Source: Octopus vulgaris
Lineage: Eukaryota
DNA length: 64,000 nt
Direction: 5' to 3'
Assembly (NCBI GenBank): GCA_951406725.2
Contig: OX597818.1
Coordinates: 6,138,001-6,202,000 of the forward strand
Position 1 is the first letter of the stretch, and each line of letters opens with the position of its first letter. Positions 1-12,546 of this stretch are shown piece by piece. The notes under the pieces were generated by a model that did not search any database, was not told the DNA's origin, and was given only the letters and a program-made list of their open reading frames with translations. The translations under genes were made by a program, and so were the position numbers.

Positions 1-949
1 TCTCAACCAATTTTGATGTAGGTACTTGATAATGCCACGAAGAGAAGTCACCACTAGTTACTTTTGAAGTCTAATTTTAATAGCCATCACACTATCATAG
101 TCAGTCTATGCACATTAAGCCTACCATCGAATAATAAGGAACTTAAATAATTTCAATAGACAAGATCAGAAATCGCATAATTTATAACAAAAAAAAAAAC
201 GGACAATAAATGGGATTTGTTTCTGTAACCAATGTTCATAATTATTGTCAATATTGTTATTAGATAATTTACGAAATAATCTACTACTTCATTATTATAA
301 TAAATGTTTTGATGGATTATTATTAAAGCAACATAATTTATTACACAAATTTTAGCCACTCATTTGCTCAAATGCTCAGAAATAATAACTCGTTACAAAT
401 CTTACGTTACTTTCCATGTACTTTTCAGTTTACAGCACCACGTACCCAGATAGTGAGATGTAAGCATTTCGGTGTGTATTTACACCATTTGTCAAGAGCG
501 AGACATTTTCTCAGTGACAAAACACAGTGAATGGCTTTCTTACTGGTTCGAATATGCCCCAAGCATATTTGAACTGGTAATAACCTTCTATATATACAAA
601 TATATTTGAGCAGCATAATATTTCGATACAGTTAGGACGCGTTTACGAGCTGACTTGCAAACTATATAGTTTACAATATACAGTAACCCTGGATTTAAGC
701 TTTATCAGCCATATTATGGTTTGAGGGGTAATGCCATCATTCTGCATTTTTTAGCCTCTAAAATGATTCGGTATTTAGTAACTTCATACTAAATCCATGA
801 AAAGTTGTTGGATTTTATTTGAATATCAAATGGTTAATTTCACAGTAACAAAACTTTTCTATTGTTTATGTATGCGGCTATCAACTTTACTCAGGTAATT
901 AGAAATCTGTTAATATTTATATATATTTATATATGCATTTATATATATA

Positions 950-1725
950 ATTGTTAATAATAAATGTAAGCAAACATGTTCATCCACTTATTTTATAGAC
1001 CATATTATTCTGACCTACACGTGTTTCCACTACGCCGACTACTCATATTTGCAGATTCAACCTTGCATTATTATCGGTGCTGCTCCATCAGGATCCAGCT
1101 ATTTCATCATCCTCAAAGTGAGGTGGGTGAAGTAAATTTATGTTAGTGTTCTGCGGGAGGTTGAGGTTTTTTATTTGTAGGCATGAGCTCTTGACATCAA
1201 ATTCACACAAGTTTCTGTCCGAAGTTAGGGCTGGGTATAAAATAAGTCAACCTTGAGAGTAGTGTTCTTGTAAGGCTTCTTGTTCATTTTAATATTTTTC
1301 GCTTCATTTTTGATTTAAAGTGTATATATAAACAAACAGGACAACATCACTATAAGAATTACATTCAAACGTTAAAATAAGTAAACGCAACCATTAAAAT
1401 GAGCAAGAAGACTTACAAGAACACTACTATCAATCTTGACCAATTTTAAACCCAGCTCTAAATTCGGACAGCAACTTGTGTGAGTTTGAGGCCAATAACG
1501 CATACCTATGAATAACACCACTTTACCTCCCGCAGAACACTAACAAAAATTTGCTTCACTTAGTACACCTTGAGCATAACCAAAGATGCAGATAATAATG
1601 CAACGTTGCATCTGCAGCCATGAGCAGGTAATGCAGTGGAAACAAGTGTTGGTCATTATTAGATGTATAAACTTATAAAATGAATTTTGTGGATGAACAA
1701 ATCTCCATACTAATTATTATTAATA
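950..1725. repeat. Diverged inverted repeat (arms ~950-1293 and ~1393-1725), Penelope pseudo-LTR-like fold-back
   Basis: TGTTAGTGTTCTGCGGGAGG (1141) is the reverse complement of CCTCCCGCAGAACACTAACA (~1527). Matches continue along both arms, e.g. GTAGTGTTCTTGTAAG/CTTACAAGAACACTAC. The left arm carries a decayed hammerhead. Confidence 0.85.
1012..1095 (-). ncRNA. Decayed type I hammerhead ribozyme
   Basis: Minus strand reads GATC-CTGATGG-...-GAAACACGTGT-A-GGTC. Stem I GATC/GGTC, palindromic stem III ACACGTGT, GUA site. Core A9 is changed to G and stem II pairs poorly. Confidence 0.45.
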
Positions 1726-4039
1726 AGAATATACACTCCAGACAATTGTTACTGTCCAGCAAATTATATAAGCTATAACCCATCGGAAGATTTTTCACGG
1801 AGTGACTAGCAACAGATAGTAGTCACAAATGTTAAATATTGAGCGAAGTCGTTAGGCGTTAACTGGAACTTAACTGAGAGCCAATATGGTATCCACCCGG
1901 AGAGCATATCACTCCAAACTCAGTTTTATACTTACGCACACACACACATGCAACAATAACATTAATGCAGCAAAATTTCATTCCATGCTACACTATACGC
2001 CACTGATCCAACTATAAGTGCACACAGTTATATTTTCATATTCGATTTTTAGTGGGACTTTTATATTATTATTCCATCTTCACACTTTTTAAGAAACGTT
2101 TGACAAATGTACTTTTTGTTGGTTACCTCTATGTGCTGTGAAATGCCAACTTGATGCTGGCAATTACTGAAGTGTAATGACGCAGACACACTATTATAGT
2201 TAGTTGACGTCAGTTAGATACCATGCTTTTTTGTTTTATTTATTTATGTATTTTTGCTTGCAAAGTTTCTAAACAAATTGATTATAGATGAGCGTGTGAA
2301 ATCTAAATGTGGACAGCATTTTAGTTTTTGCTGCTTAGTTTGCATTTAACGAATTCCAGTTTCGCAATGCTTAGCACACATCTGCTAAGAAAATTTGTCT
2401 ACCAGACATTTACCACAATGAAATTATTTCTATGATTGTTTGTGCACGAGCTTATTGAATATAAATGTATATAGGCGGTTCTCCAGCATGTCTGCACTCC
2501 TAAGATTGAAACAATTAAAATAACAGTTTTATATTATGATTGAGGAGCATTTCTTTAAGTAATTAGCTCATGAGAGACTCATTGTACGGCAAAAATTCTA
2601 TTTGCCTTTTACTGATAACAATAGCAGGTTTTCTTGAGTTATGGGTGATCAAATTATTGTGTGTTCCTGTTGAAATGTAAGTACACGAAACCTTGTTCCT
2701 TACAAGCGATGATGCCATCAAAGACTTTGCATGTTTTTACACACAGGTAATAAGGAGAATTTCTTCTAAGCCTTTACCACAACAAAACATTTTTCACGTT
2801 AGATTGAGCACATGTAAGTTGAATATTAATGAATACAAATTCTTTTAATATTCGGTGCTTAGTACTCGTTCATTTAACTAGTTCCAGTTTGCCAAAACAA
2901 AGTACCACACTAAAATATCTGTTTTCGTACGTAAATTTATAAAAGAAACACCAGTTTCGTGTATTTGTAACTGACGAAGTGCAAGTATGCGCAAACGCTT
3001 GACTTGCAATGCAATATTGTCATACAGAACCGATAGTTTTTCTAAATGTATTTTGTAAAACAAATTTTGTAGCACCTGGCATTTTTATAGGAAATTTTGA
3101 ATTTCATATTTGAAAGGTGACATCATGTTTTCACTGCGGTCATCAGTACTTTAAGTTTTAATAACACCTAGTCAATGACTGCATATATTGTTAGTACCGA
3201 TACAAAAGTAATGTGAGAAACCCTCATTCTTGACGAAGTTAGAAATACACATGGAATTACTAATGAGTACCAGTTAACAAAAATGCCAATATGTGTACCT
3301 CCCATGGCTTTTATGTATAGCATAGTTGTCATTATGTATGTGATTACTCTACTATTATTTTCACAGTGTAGTGTTTAACATCTTTTAAATCTTAACATAA
3401 ATATTTTTTGTATAGTGTGTGGTACAGTTGTAATTCTCTTAAAAACTAAAGGTGATATTTACGCATAATTTTCCTAATAAATCGCGAAAAACACTTGCTG
3501 AAATTATACCGAAAGAATTTACTGGGAAAGAGAAAAGAATTAATTTCTTATCAACGGTTCAAGTGAAACACCGATGACTATTTAGGAAATGTATATAATT
3601 GAACATTTAAATAATTCATTTTAAAATCAAAACATTTAATCTTATTTTTTGAATTACTTCGTTTTTCCATTGTCACTCTTAACTATAATAATAACTGGTT
3701 TTCATTTATGAAATTAAACGGTAACAAAATCATTATATCTAAAATCAATGCTATAAATTGAGAAAGAAATTAAACAATCAAATCTGTAAGAATACATATA
3801 AGAGGAAAATATTAAGACAGTTTTTCTTAAATAGTACTAAATAGATACTAAGATGAAAATTATGAAAATTTAATGACAAAAACAAATAAAAATATAATAA
3901 GTTATGTAAATTTCAGAAACATTGCATTAATATAGATATGTATTAAGAATAAGAAGCTCAAATACCGTTTAGATATCTATATTATTTTTATTATCTCCTG
4001 AGAGTCGGGTATGTGAATGTCGGGATATATGTAATAAGT

Positions 4040-4880
4040 TGGATACTGACTAATGTGCGGAAGCGGTTCAATCTATGATTGAGGGATGTTATGTTCATTT
4101 ATTAGCCATGTTTTAGATATTAGGCCATTCTCCTACCTCAAAATATAATTTTGTTTTTCTTTAGAACAAAGATTCCTTTTGGAGTTACAGGTAAAATTTT
4201 GAACTTGAAGATTTGCCAAATCTTACCTATTCATGATAATTCTTATTGGTTAAAAAGAATGGAAATGAGTTATTTGATGGCGAGATGTGGACGTATGAGG
4301 GAAAAGAGATAACAGATCTCGTTGGCCTTTATATCACAGATGTCCTCAGAAAAATGTAAAAGAAGCTGACAGAGGATTATATAGAGACAACGGCCTGGAT
4401 ACATAACAACGGACACAATATGGATAAGATAAGGTAAGTATTTTTCAAGGTATTTAGCTAAATAAATCTAAGGATCACAATTAGTGCTAACCTTAAAGAA
4501 ATAAATTTCCTAGATATCAATATGAGCTTTAGTACAGGCAAATTCAAGTCCTACTATTAATAAACTTAGGATACTTCATACATAGACATAGGCGCTAAAC
4601 ACACACCCACCCATCGACCGTCAGGTAGAAGACAATTAGTTAATAATATTAGCAGGCGCGTTTCCATTGTATCCTCTCACAAAGCCATAAAATATGGCTA
4701 TATTTAAAAAGTTAAGCTTAACGAATAGTATAAATTATATTGACTCAAATGTAGGTAGACCAAGAAGACGCGGGGAGGGAAAAATCTTATGGTTCAACCA
4801 CAATAATAGCGTGAATGTAGCTACTATAGGTAGAGGACTCCTAAAACTAATAGACTACCATTTCCAATACTTACACAAAT
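4040..4880 (+). mobile_element. Penelope-like element reverse transcriptase remnant (pseudogenised)
   Basis: Fragments MWTYEGKEITDLVGLYI, GLYRDNGL, ITISANLKEINFLDINM and KILWFNHNNSVNVATIGRGLLKLIDYHF match PLE RT motifs (MGSFDGAEVCELVGLYIL, GLYRDDGL, VNFLDVTL, IIWFNPP). Many stops and frameshifts. Confidence 0.85.
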
Positions 4881-5359
4881 ATCTTAAGAGGTAGGGATGA
4901 AATATTTTCTCCCTGCACGCATAAGCAATATTTTACATTACAAAATTTCAAACACGATACCACACTAATACACCACTCTTTTAATCTGGATGGATTTTCT
5001 TCTCTGAATATGAACATTAAGTATATACTGTATATTTTATGAAAGTTATGCATAAAAGACTCATCATCTCATGCTGAGCTCCTTCAGCACGCATATATAC
5101 GAGTATTACATATACCCAGTATATTACATGATATACACGCAAAGTTGTCATCAACACCCTTATAATTATACAGACTGTACGCCAATATGCACAGAAAGAT
5201 ATGTGAAACAAATGTCAAAAATATGTGGAAGGTAAGTGAAATTCATAAAAACGTGTAAAATATTTGTAAGTGAAACTCCACGATCATGTGCACACATGCA
5301 AAAATGGATGATGTAGATGTACAGTTATGTGTACATGTGAGCATCTGCTATGTATGCAT

Positions 5360-5396
5360 GTATGTATGTACGTCTGTATTTATGTATGTATGTATG

Positions 5397-5444
<48 letters not shown>

Positions 5445-5482
5445 CATGTATATAAGTATATATGTGTATATATATATATATA
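5360..5482. repeat. (TATG)n/(TA)n microsatellite
   Basis: Read directly from the sequence. Confidence 0.95.
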
Positions 5483-6384
5483 CTTGCTTTCTATGTTGTC
5501 TCCACACACAAGGTTTTTATCTCTTTATATCTTTTACTTATATTTCTTATATATTTTTAATTTTATTTATATTTTTATACATATATTTTTTACATATTTA
5601 TAGAAATCTCGGTTTATAGGTTTATTGCTTATGTATTTTTTACACGTAATTTTTTCTGTATGCTAACTTCCACCCTGCATGTTCCCCCTATGTGCATATA
5701 GACGTGTATATGGAGTCTTTTGTGTGTGTGTGTGCGGGTATGTGTGTATATAGATTTGTGCGTGTGTGCGTGCATGTGAGTACGTGCGTATATAGACGTA
5801 TTTTACTCAGTATTTTCACACATTTTCCTGTATTTTTGCCCTTAGCCCTGTTTTTCCTTGTCTTACACGTATGTATAATCCTTTTTGTGCGTGCGTATAT
5901 AGACGTGTGCGGGTATGTGCGTATATGGGCGTGTGTGTGCGCGTGCATAAGGGTATGTGCGTATATAGACGTGGTTTACTCTTTGTATACCCCCTTATAC
6001 CTTTTTCTGTATTGTTACCCTGAACCCTGTTTTCTCTTGTGCTTGTGCGTATGCAGACGCGTGTATGAACCTTTATAGTGCGTGTGCGCGTGTGTGTGTT
6101 TGTATGTATATGCATATACATTTGGCGAAGGATGGGAGTGAGGATTGGTACGTTTTCAAGTGAGGGTGGATGAATGTATAGCTTTAGGCGCACGCACGTG
6201 GGTGTGCATGCACACATATGTAGGTATGAACAGACGCACTTACGCGAATACTACGAATATTTTACCCCCTTACTTTACTCCCTTACTTAGCGGCCATTCG
6301 AATAGCTCTTTTGCCTTAATAACGGTCAATTACACAGTAATTTCCCTTTGTATAACGGTAATTTTTCAGAGCATTTTTCCGATG

Positions 6385-6454
6385 GCCGGATAACTGACGA
6401 GATGGCGGCGTGGATTTCCACCTCGGTATTCGAAACTCGGAGTTTTATCATGGC
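6385..6454 (+). ncRNA. Type I hammerhead ribozyme
   Basis: GATAA(6389)-CTGACGA-G...GTGGATTTCCAC...C-GAAA-CTC-G-GAGT-T-TTATC(6449). Stem I GATAA/TTATC extends with GCC/GGC. Canonical core, G-C closing stem II, stem III ACTC/GAGT, GUU site at 6444. Confidence 0.75.
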
Positions 6455-6484
6455 TACCGAATAATTGTCACATATTACGTTTAC

Positions 6485-6542
<58 letters not shown>

Positions 6543-6683
6543 TACATTTAAACACAAGAGAAAACTACCCTTTAACACGTATTTTTTAAACGCTAGAAGA
6601 AGCAGTCAAAACGACCAAAACAACATTTAATAGCAATTGTCGAAGGAAATGAAGAATTATAACTTTTACCTTGTTATATTTTG

Positions 6684-6754
6684 CGGTTATACCTAGGTTT
6701 CAAATTTCTTTAGCAAATAATATAATTTTCTGGGCGAATTCTCATCAGTTACCG
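6684..6754 (-). ncRNA. Type I hammerhead ribozyme (copy 1)
   Basis: Minus strand: CGGTAA-CTGATGA-GAATT...AATTT-GAAACCTAGGT-A-TAACCG. Canonical core, palindromic stem III ACCTAGGT, GUA site. Confidence 0.8.
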
Positions 6755-6796
6755 GCCTTAACAACTAAATTATAATTCAGAGATAAATAACACGTA

Positions 6797-6860
6797 TTGA
6801 TTGATTGATTGATTGATTCTAGTTTCAGCTCATGAGCTGTGGCCATGCTGTGGCACCGCC
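6797..6860 (-). mobile_element. Severely 5'-truncated LINE/SINE 3' tail with (TCAA)n end
   Basis: Minus strand GGCGGTGCCACAGCATGGCCACAGCTCATGAGCTGAAACTAGAATCAATCAA matches the LINE 3' end at 30683. It is absent from the sister tandem copy at ~7330. Confidence 0.75.
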
Positions 6861-7220
6861 ATTATCTCATCATTATATGTTATAAGTTTTCAAAATTCAG
6901 CGCGCAAGCACATTTCAGTTGGCAGCGATTGGATAATGCCGAGCTTATTCCTCGAGAATGCTAAGATCATATTCGTAAGATACATATATAGGGTAGCGAA
7001 TATTCTTAGAAATATCACCACCAGTAGTCTTGCATGTATAAATAGTCAATAGACAACATATTCTCAATATAAAATAGTGCACATTTAAACCCATGAGGAA
7101 ACTACCTTTTAACAGGTAATTATTACACGCTAGAATAAGCAGTCAAAACGACCAAAACCACATTTAATAGCAATTTTCGAAGGAAATGAAAAATAAAAAC
7201 TTTTACCTTGTTATTTTTTG

Positions 7221-7292
7221 CGGTTATAACTAGGTTTCAAATTTCTTTAGCAAATAAGATAATTTGCTAGGCGAATTCTCATCAGTATATCG
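7221..7292 (-). ncRNA. Type I hammerhead ribozyme (copy 2)
   Basis: Minus strand: CCGATATA-CTGATGA-GAATTCGCCTAGCAAAT...ATTTGCTAAAGAAATTT-GAAACCTAGTTATAACCG. One mismatch in stem III. Confidence 0.65.
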
Positions 7293-7435
7293 GCCTTAAC
7301 AACTAACCTATAATTCAAAGACAAATAACACGTCCTCATCATTATATGTTATAATTTTTCAAAGTTATGATCTTAGCATTCTCGAGGAATCACCTCGGCA
7401 TTATCCATTTACTGCCGACTGAAAATGCGCTTGCC

Positions 7436-7503
7436 GATTACTGATGAGAATTTGCTTAGCAAATTATTGTCTTTGCTAAAGAAATTTGAAACCTAGTTAT
7501 AAC
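7436..7503 (+). ncRNA. Type I hammerhead ribozyme (inverted copy 3)
   Basis: GATTA-CTGATGA(7441)-GAATTTGCTTAGCAAA...TTTGCTAAAGAAATTT-GAAACCTAGTTATAAC. Confidence 0.6.
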
Positions 7504-7748
7504 AAAATATAACAAAATAAAAATTTTCATTTTTCATTTCCTTCGAAAATTGCTATTAAATGTGGTTTTGGTCGTTTTGACTGCTTCTTCTAGCGTGTAA
7601 TAATTACCTGTTAAAGGGTAGTTTTCTTTTGTGTTTAAATATACAGTATTTTATATTGAGAATATGTCGATTGACTATTTATACATGCTAGGCCAGTGGT
7701 GGTGATTTTTCCAAGAATACTCGCTACCCTATATATATATATATATAC

Positions 7749-7821
7749 GCGAGAATGAAGCAACAAGAATGGATAGGTTTTTGTACTAAAAACCTATCCA
7801 TTCTTGTTGCTTCATTCTCGC
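7749..7821. repeat. Perfect 34-bp hairpin with 5-nt loop
   Basis: GCGAGAATGAAGCAACAAGAATGGATAGGTTTTT-GTACT-AAAAACCTATCCATTCTTGTTGCTTCATTCTCGC. Confidence 0.95.
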
Positions 7822-7938
7822 TTATAATCACCCCACATTACTGTATTGTTAAATCAGTATAGTTTTTTTTGGTGCATCTAAGTTAGGTACCATATTCAAG
7901 TAAATTCATTTAAATTAACTTGAATCTTTATTGCTTTT

Positions 7939-7995
<57 letters not shown>

Positions 7996-8104
7996 CAAAT
8001 ATAAGGCTAAATAATTATTAATTTAAAATTAATTTGTTTTACCAATTAGTTTCGGTATGGAAAGAGAACCACTATCGGTAGGAACTTTTACAATTTTTTT
8101 TTTT

Positions 8105-8184
8105 TATATATGAATATAATTAGGGTTAAGCAAAGTTGGTTAACCACATATCTTGTTGCTTAACCCTAATTATATTTATATATA
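8105..8184. repeat. Short inverted repeat (~29-bp arms)
   Basis: TATAATTAGGGTTAAGCAA / TTGCTTAACCCTAATTATA. Confidence 0.85.
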
Positions 8185-8185
8185 T

Positions 8186-8625
8186 TTAGGCTAGCAAGAA
8201 AGTAATTTCTGCTTTTAGTGAAATAAAGTATCGTTTTTCATACAAAGAATGAACTTTAATCAATTACATATTTTCTATTCTGTTCGATGATCTTTTGCCA
8301 TCTTTCTGGTAACTTCATCAGTGTACGCTCATAGAGCATCTGGTTCTTATTAACCAAAACCTGAAGCAAGTGCGATTTCAGGTCATCATCATTACTGAAA
8401 GTTTTATTATTCAAATGATTTCGCCAACTTTTAAAAATAAATGGTATTCTGATGTAACCAAACTCCAATAATTTTTCACGACTTGGATGTTACCAAACTC
8501 CTATTAATTTTCACGAGTTAGCAAAGAAGTGTGTGGTCTAGCGTTGTCATTGTGGAAGACGATTCCTTTACGATTTGTTAATCTTGGCCATTTTTCTTTG
8601 ACTGCTTCCTCCAGTTTCATTAGTT
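8186..8625 (-). mobile_element. Mariner transposon 3' fragment
   Basis: VFHNDNARPH motif (~8540), C-terminus LMKLPERWQKIIEQNRKYVID, and a TIR-like TTAGGCTAGCAAGAAAGT at 8186. Confidence 0.85.
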
Positions 8626-8629
8626 CAAA

Positions 8630-9600
8630 TCAAATCTAATCAAATTTGTTAGCAGCAGAAGAGTACAATGTGCTTAAGCCATTAAAAAAAGTTATTGTTA
8701 TATACAGTTTTATACATAGTTTCCACAGTTGTCCAAAGCCTCTTTGAACATGGGAGTGATGGGCAGTTGAATGACATATTGTGGTAGCTTGTTCTACAGG
8801 GCTGCGTTACGAACAGAGAATGCGGTCTTCCGCCTGATGAGTCGAAAGTGTAGGGTATAGAGTTTGCGATCATGCCCACGACGACCTCTACCCGACACAG
8901 GGATGAAAAACTCGGCAAATAGTACATTCCCGTTGAAGATGTTGAAGCCAGGATGAGATCTCCCCGCATCTTCCGTCGTTTGAAGGAAGGTAATGCCATC
9001 CGGTGGAGACGTTCCACATTCCTAAGATTAGACAAGCCCGCGACTATTCAAGTGGCTAAGTTCTGAACCCGTTCCAGGAGCTGAATGTCTTTCCGGAGAT
9101 ATGGGTTTGAGGTCTGGATGCATTACTTGAGGATGGGTCCAACTAGGGTGACGTATAAAGGCTGAAAGACGTTCATTGAAAGGTTGACAACGGACCGGAG
9201 GTGAGGAAAATATTCCTTCTAGCTTTATTCGCCGCCTCGATACATTGCCGTGTTGATTTGAAAGTAGTATCGGTCATTATGCCGAGATTCTTTTCATCTT
9301 TACTATTCATTCCAATAGTCAAGGGAAAGTTTGGAGGTGAACTTGTTGGCAAATGGCTGCATTTTGAGGCGTTCAAGAGCAGATCCCATTCTTCCGCCTA
9401 ATTCCAAGTTCGGTTCAGCGACGATTTGAGTATGTTGTATTGATTCCTAGGCGAGACAAGTTTGACGTCGTCTGCAAGTACGAGGACATATCCATCAAGT
9501 AAATCTGGCTGGTCGTTGATATACAGAAGGAAAAGTATTGGTCCCTGTACTGACCCCTGGGGAACGCCGCTGCAGGCATTCATCTCGCGGAGAGATCTCC
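8630..9600 (-). mobile_element. CR1-like LINE, 5'-truncated RT fragment
   Basis: SGVPQGSVQGPILFLLYIND, LADDVKL, KNLGIMTD and RRKMRGDLI are CR1 RT and C-terminal motifs. Frameshifted. Confidence 0.88.
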
Positions 9601-9831
9601 ATTTATCTGCACCCGAAAGGTTCGATGACTCAGGAAGGAAGAAATACATAAAGTCAATAATGGGTGAATCTTCAATGCTTGAAGTTAGTTTTCTTGCATT
9701 TACGGAAATAAAAAAATCAAAATATGAAGAAAATATTTCGGATTTGCACTCCATGTTAAAATTGACACTGAACTAACAGCTATAAACAAAATTATGCGCA
9801 TTTTGCTTCTCAAGTAAGCTAAAAGTATATA

Positions 9832-10007
9832 GGCGCAGGACTGGCTGCGTGGCAAGTAACTTGCTTACCAACCACGCGGTTCCTGGTTTAGTCCCTCTGC
9901 GTGGCACCTTGGGCAAGTAGCTTCTACTATAGTTTCGGGGCGTCCAAAGCCTTGTGAGTGGATTTGATAGACGGAAGCTGAAAGAAGCCCATCGTATTTA
10001 TATATGG

Positions 10008-10054
<47 letters not shown>

Positions 10055-10215
10055 CGTATATGTTTGTGTGCATTTATTTGTCCACCAACATCGCTTGGCA
10101 ACCGATGCTGGTGCCTTTACGTCCCCGTAAAATAGCGGTTCGGCAAACGAGACCGATAAAATAAGTACTACGTTTACAAAGAATAAGTCCTTGGGTCTAT
10201 TTGCTCAACTAAAGG
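9832..10215 (+). mobile_element. tRNA-derived SINE with internal (TA)n(TG)n tract
   Basis: Head GGCGCAGGACTGGCTGCGTGGCAAG (A-box-like) and GGTTTAGTCCC (B-box-like), then ACCTTGGGCAAG. The 3' part CATCGCTTG.CAACCGATG...AATAAGTACTA is shared with 61320-61520. Confidence 0.75.
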
Positions 10216-11139
10216 TTGTACTCCAACATTCCTTCCAAGCACTGCTATAAACAGTGGAAGTGCGCTAGAACGCGAAATATTAGGGAACATACACAACAGA
10301 GAGCATGGTCAATGTTTACCAAGCGACTTTACTTTGCGTGCTTTAGCTTCGTTACTATGACAACAACTGGATACTTATTGATCAGACCTCGTATAACAGC
10401 TCAATATATCAAAATTGGCAACCAGGTGGACTTTTAAGTGAAATTAAAAAATAAAAAAATATTAATATAGATACGTGTTCTCAGCGATGTGTCTGAGAAA
10501 AATTCAACTGAAACCAAGGGGGATGATCATCCAAAAGTTGTTCCCCCTGACGTATTGTTTTGTAAACCCAAATATCTCGGATTATTTCAATCGTGTCTTC
10601 ACGGGATTTTTGTTGTTTTAATCTGAAATGTAGACGAACATCGATGTTTCATTCGATAGGCTTCATAAGTGTAGAGGGCTTCCTTAACATGAAAGCAACG
10701 GTAGCATTAAGCCACAATCAATGAATCTTTCTTCACCGATGTGCGTGTGTATGTGTGGGTGGGTGGGTGCGTCTGTTCGTAGGTGTGTATATATATGTAT
10801 GTGTATGCGTGTTTGCGTGTATATGTGTGAACATATACGAGTATACAAGCGTGCTTGCGTTCGCGTGTGTGTGTATTGCTTTGTGTCAAGAATTTTTCTG
10901 TAATACCATGATATAGAGACGTGTGTGCGTGATAGGTATTTAGTATGTGGGGGTGCAAGCTAAGTATATAGATGTGCGTCAGATGGATAAAAAAGAATTA
11001 AAATTTCAATTAAATCAAAAATTAAAATCAAAAATTAAATTTAAATAAAATAAGTTAAAAATGAATAAAGCAAGTTAAAAAAAATAAATAAATGAAAATA
11101 TTAAGTAAATAATATTTAAAAGAATTAAAAAATTGAGAA

Positions 11140-12100
11140 AAAAATTCAAGCAATTCATGTTACTGGAAGGAGGTGGGTGTTTTTAGTCCAAACTGTATAT
11201 GGGTTTGAAGAGAGATGAAGCGCTGTTCAAGGCGAAATTTAGACGTGGTGGGTCCATGGTACAAGGCCATGCTGTAGACAGTAAGATGTGCATTGGAATG
11301 GCCGGCAGGGCAGAAATGACGGGTGATGGGTGTATATTAATACAGGCCCGATTGACTAGCATATAAAGTCACAAAGAGTGCAGTGGATGCATTAGGCAAT
11401 ATTCGAAGAGATGTAAGTGAAGCAGTCCTGGAGGTGGATTGTGCGTTGGTGATGAACGGGCAGGTGTGGTAACGGGTTCTGGAGCAAGGGAAGAATTCAG
11501 TAAAGGTGAAAGTAGGCGAGAGGAGGGAGCTGGGAATCAGAGAGTTGCATATATTACGGGTGCGTTTAAAGGCGAGCAGGGGTGGGCTGAGAAGATAAGG
11601 AGGGTAGTAAGATTAAATTGGAGACGACGGAAGGCCTATAACATTTTCGGATGAAAGTGGAAAGGAAGAGGAAAATTGAGCTGAAGTGAGATCAATTTGG
11701 CAGGCATTGGTGAGGATGGCCTGGAGATGCGTGGAGTGGTATCCGCAAAGTGTGAACAGGAGGGCCAGGTTTTGAAACTGAGTCTGAAAATCATGGTTGC
11801 GGATGCACGCATTTTGGAAACGGAGGAATTGAGAATAGGTGTTGGCCCATTTGGTGCGGGAGGCGTAAAAGGAGCAAAAAGTGACGTAGGTGTAGGGCGG
11901 GGTTGGTATCTTGTATATGAAATGAGAAGGCAGCTGCAAAACGGGAAACGTTAACGTCGAATTATTTTGAAATATGTTCTGTGGGGCACTTACAGACGAG
12001 GAAATAGATGATAGAGGCGCGGCGAGTTTGTACGATGAGGTTAGTGGCAGTAGTTTGACAAAAGAAGACGAAATGAGGTCACAAATGGTGGAGGACACGT
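11140..12100 (-). mobile_element. Penelope-like element remnant (RT fragments and GIY-YIG endonuclease)
   Basis: TATNLIVQTRRASIIYFL (RT N-part), TYSQFLRFQNACIRNHDFQTQ (IPYSQFLR motif), SSNIA*CIHCTLC and KFRLEQRFISL (GIY-YIG region). Confidence 0.8.
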
Positions 12101-12171
12101 GTTGCCGATGTGTATATAAATATATATTTATATAAATATATATGTATATATGTATATATGTATATATCTAT

Positions 12172-12472
12172 ATCACGTGACCACGTGATCACGTGACCGA
12201 CCAAACCATCAGATGTTGCTACACATCGCTGGCCACAATGCATTCGCATTGTTTTAACCTTCGAATGACGCCACCCCGCTGGCTAAGTGAGCAGGCGAAC
12301 AGAAGAAAGAGTGGTGAAAGAGTACAGCAGGGATCACCACCCCCTGCCGGAGCCTCGTGGAGCTTTTAGGTGTTTTCACTCAATAAACACTCACAACGCC
12401 GGTCTGGGAATCGAAACCGCGATCCTATGACCGCGAGTCCGATGCCCTAACCACTAGGCCATTGCGCCTCCA
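12172..12472 (-). mobile_element. tRNA-derived SINE with intact Pol III boxes
   Basis: Minus strand TGGAGGCGCAATGGCCTAGTGGTTAGGGC (A box) and GGTTTCGATTCCC (B box). The 3' end is a (CACGTGAT)-type repeat. Confidence 0.85.
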
Positions 12473-12546
12473 TATATCTATTTATCTCTCTCTCTCTCTC
12501 GTTTCGTCTTCTTTAGTCAAACTACTGCCACTAACCTCATCGTACA

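Larger units (their letters stand above)
6540..7732. mobile_element. Non-coding hammerhead-bearing repeat: two tandem copies plus one inverted copy (PLE pseudo-LTR/retrozyme-like)
   Basis: ACATTTAAAC...CGCTAGAA..AGCAGTCAAAACGACCAAAA starts at 6544 and 7081 (period 537, including a ~65-nt insertion). 7370-7732 is the reverse complement of parts of 6900-7290. Flanked by (TA)n on both sides. Confidence 0.85.

Noticed and set aside
429-2676. Possible small plus-strand exons with AG/GT signals (429-459, 846-894, 2628-2676)
   Set aside because: The splice signals look plausible, but the joined peptide hits a stop and resembles nothing recognisable. RNA-seq would be needed.
2967-3150. Two partial hammerhead-like strings (CTGACGA..AAAC at 2971 +; CTGATGA..GAAAACATGATGTC at ~3140 -)
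   Set aside because: The first lacks G12, and the second lacks stem II and a proximal stem I. They cannot be told from chance.
8835-8855. CTGATGAGTCGAAAG
   Set aside because: No viable stems I, II or III. It is antisense to CR1 coding sequence.
12025-12086. Hammerhead-like TTTGT-ACGATGA...GAAATGAGGTC-ACAAA on the plus strand
   Set aside because: Two core mismatches, and it is the antisense of PLE RT coding sequence. Probably chance.
12395-12472. tRNA gene
   Set aside because: The tRNA-like head runs into a SINE body with no acceptor stem or terminator.
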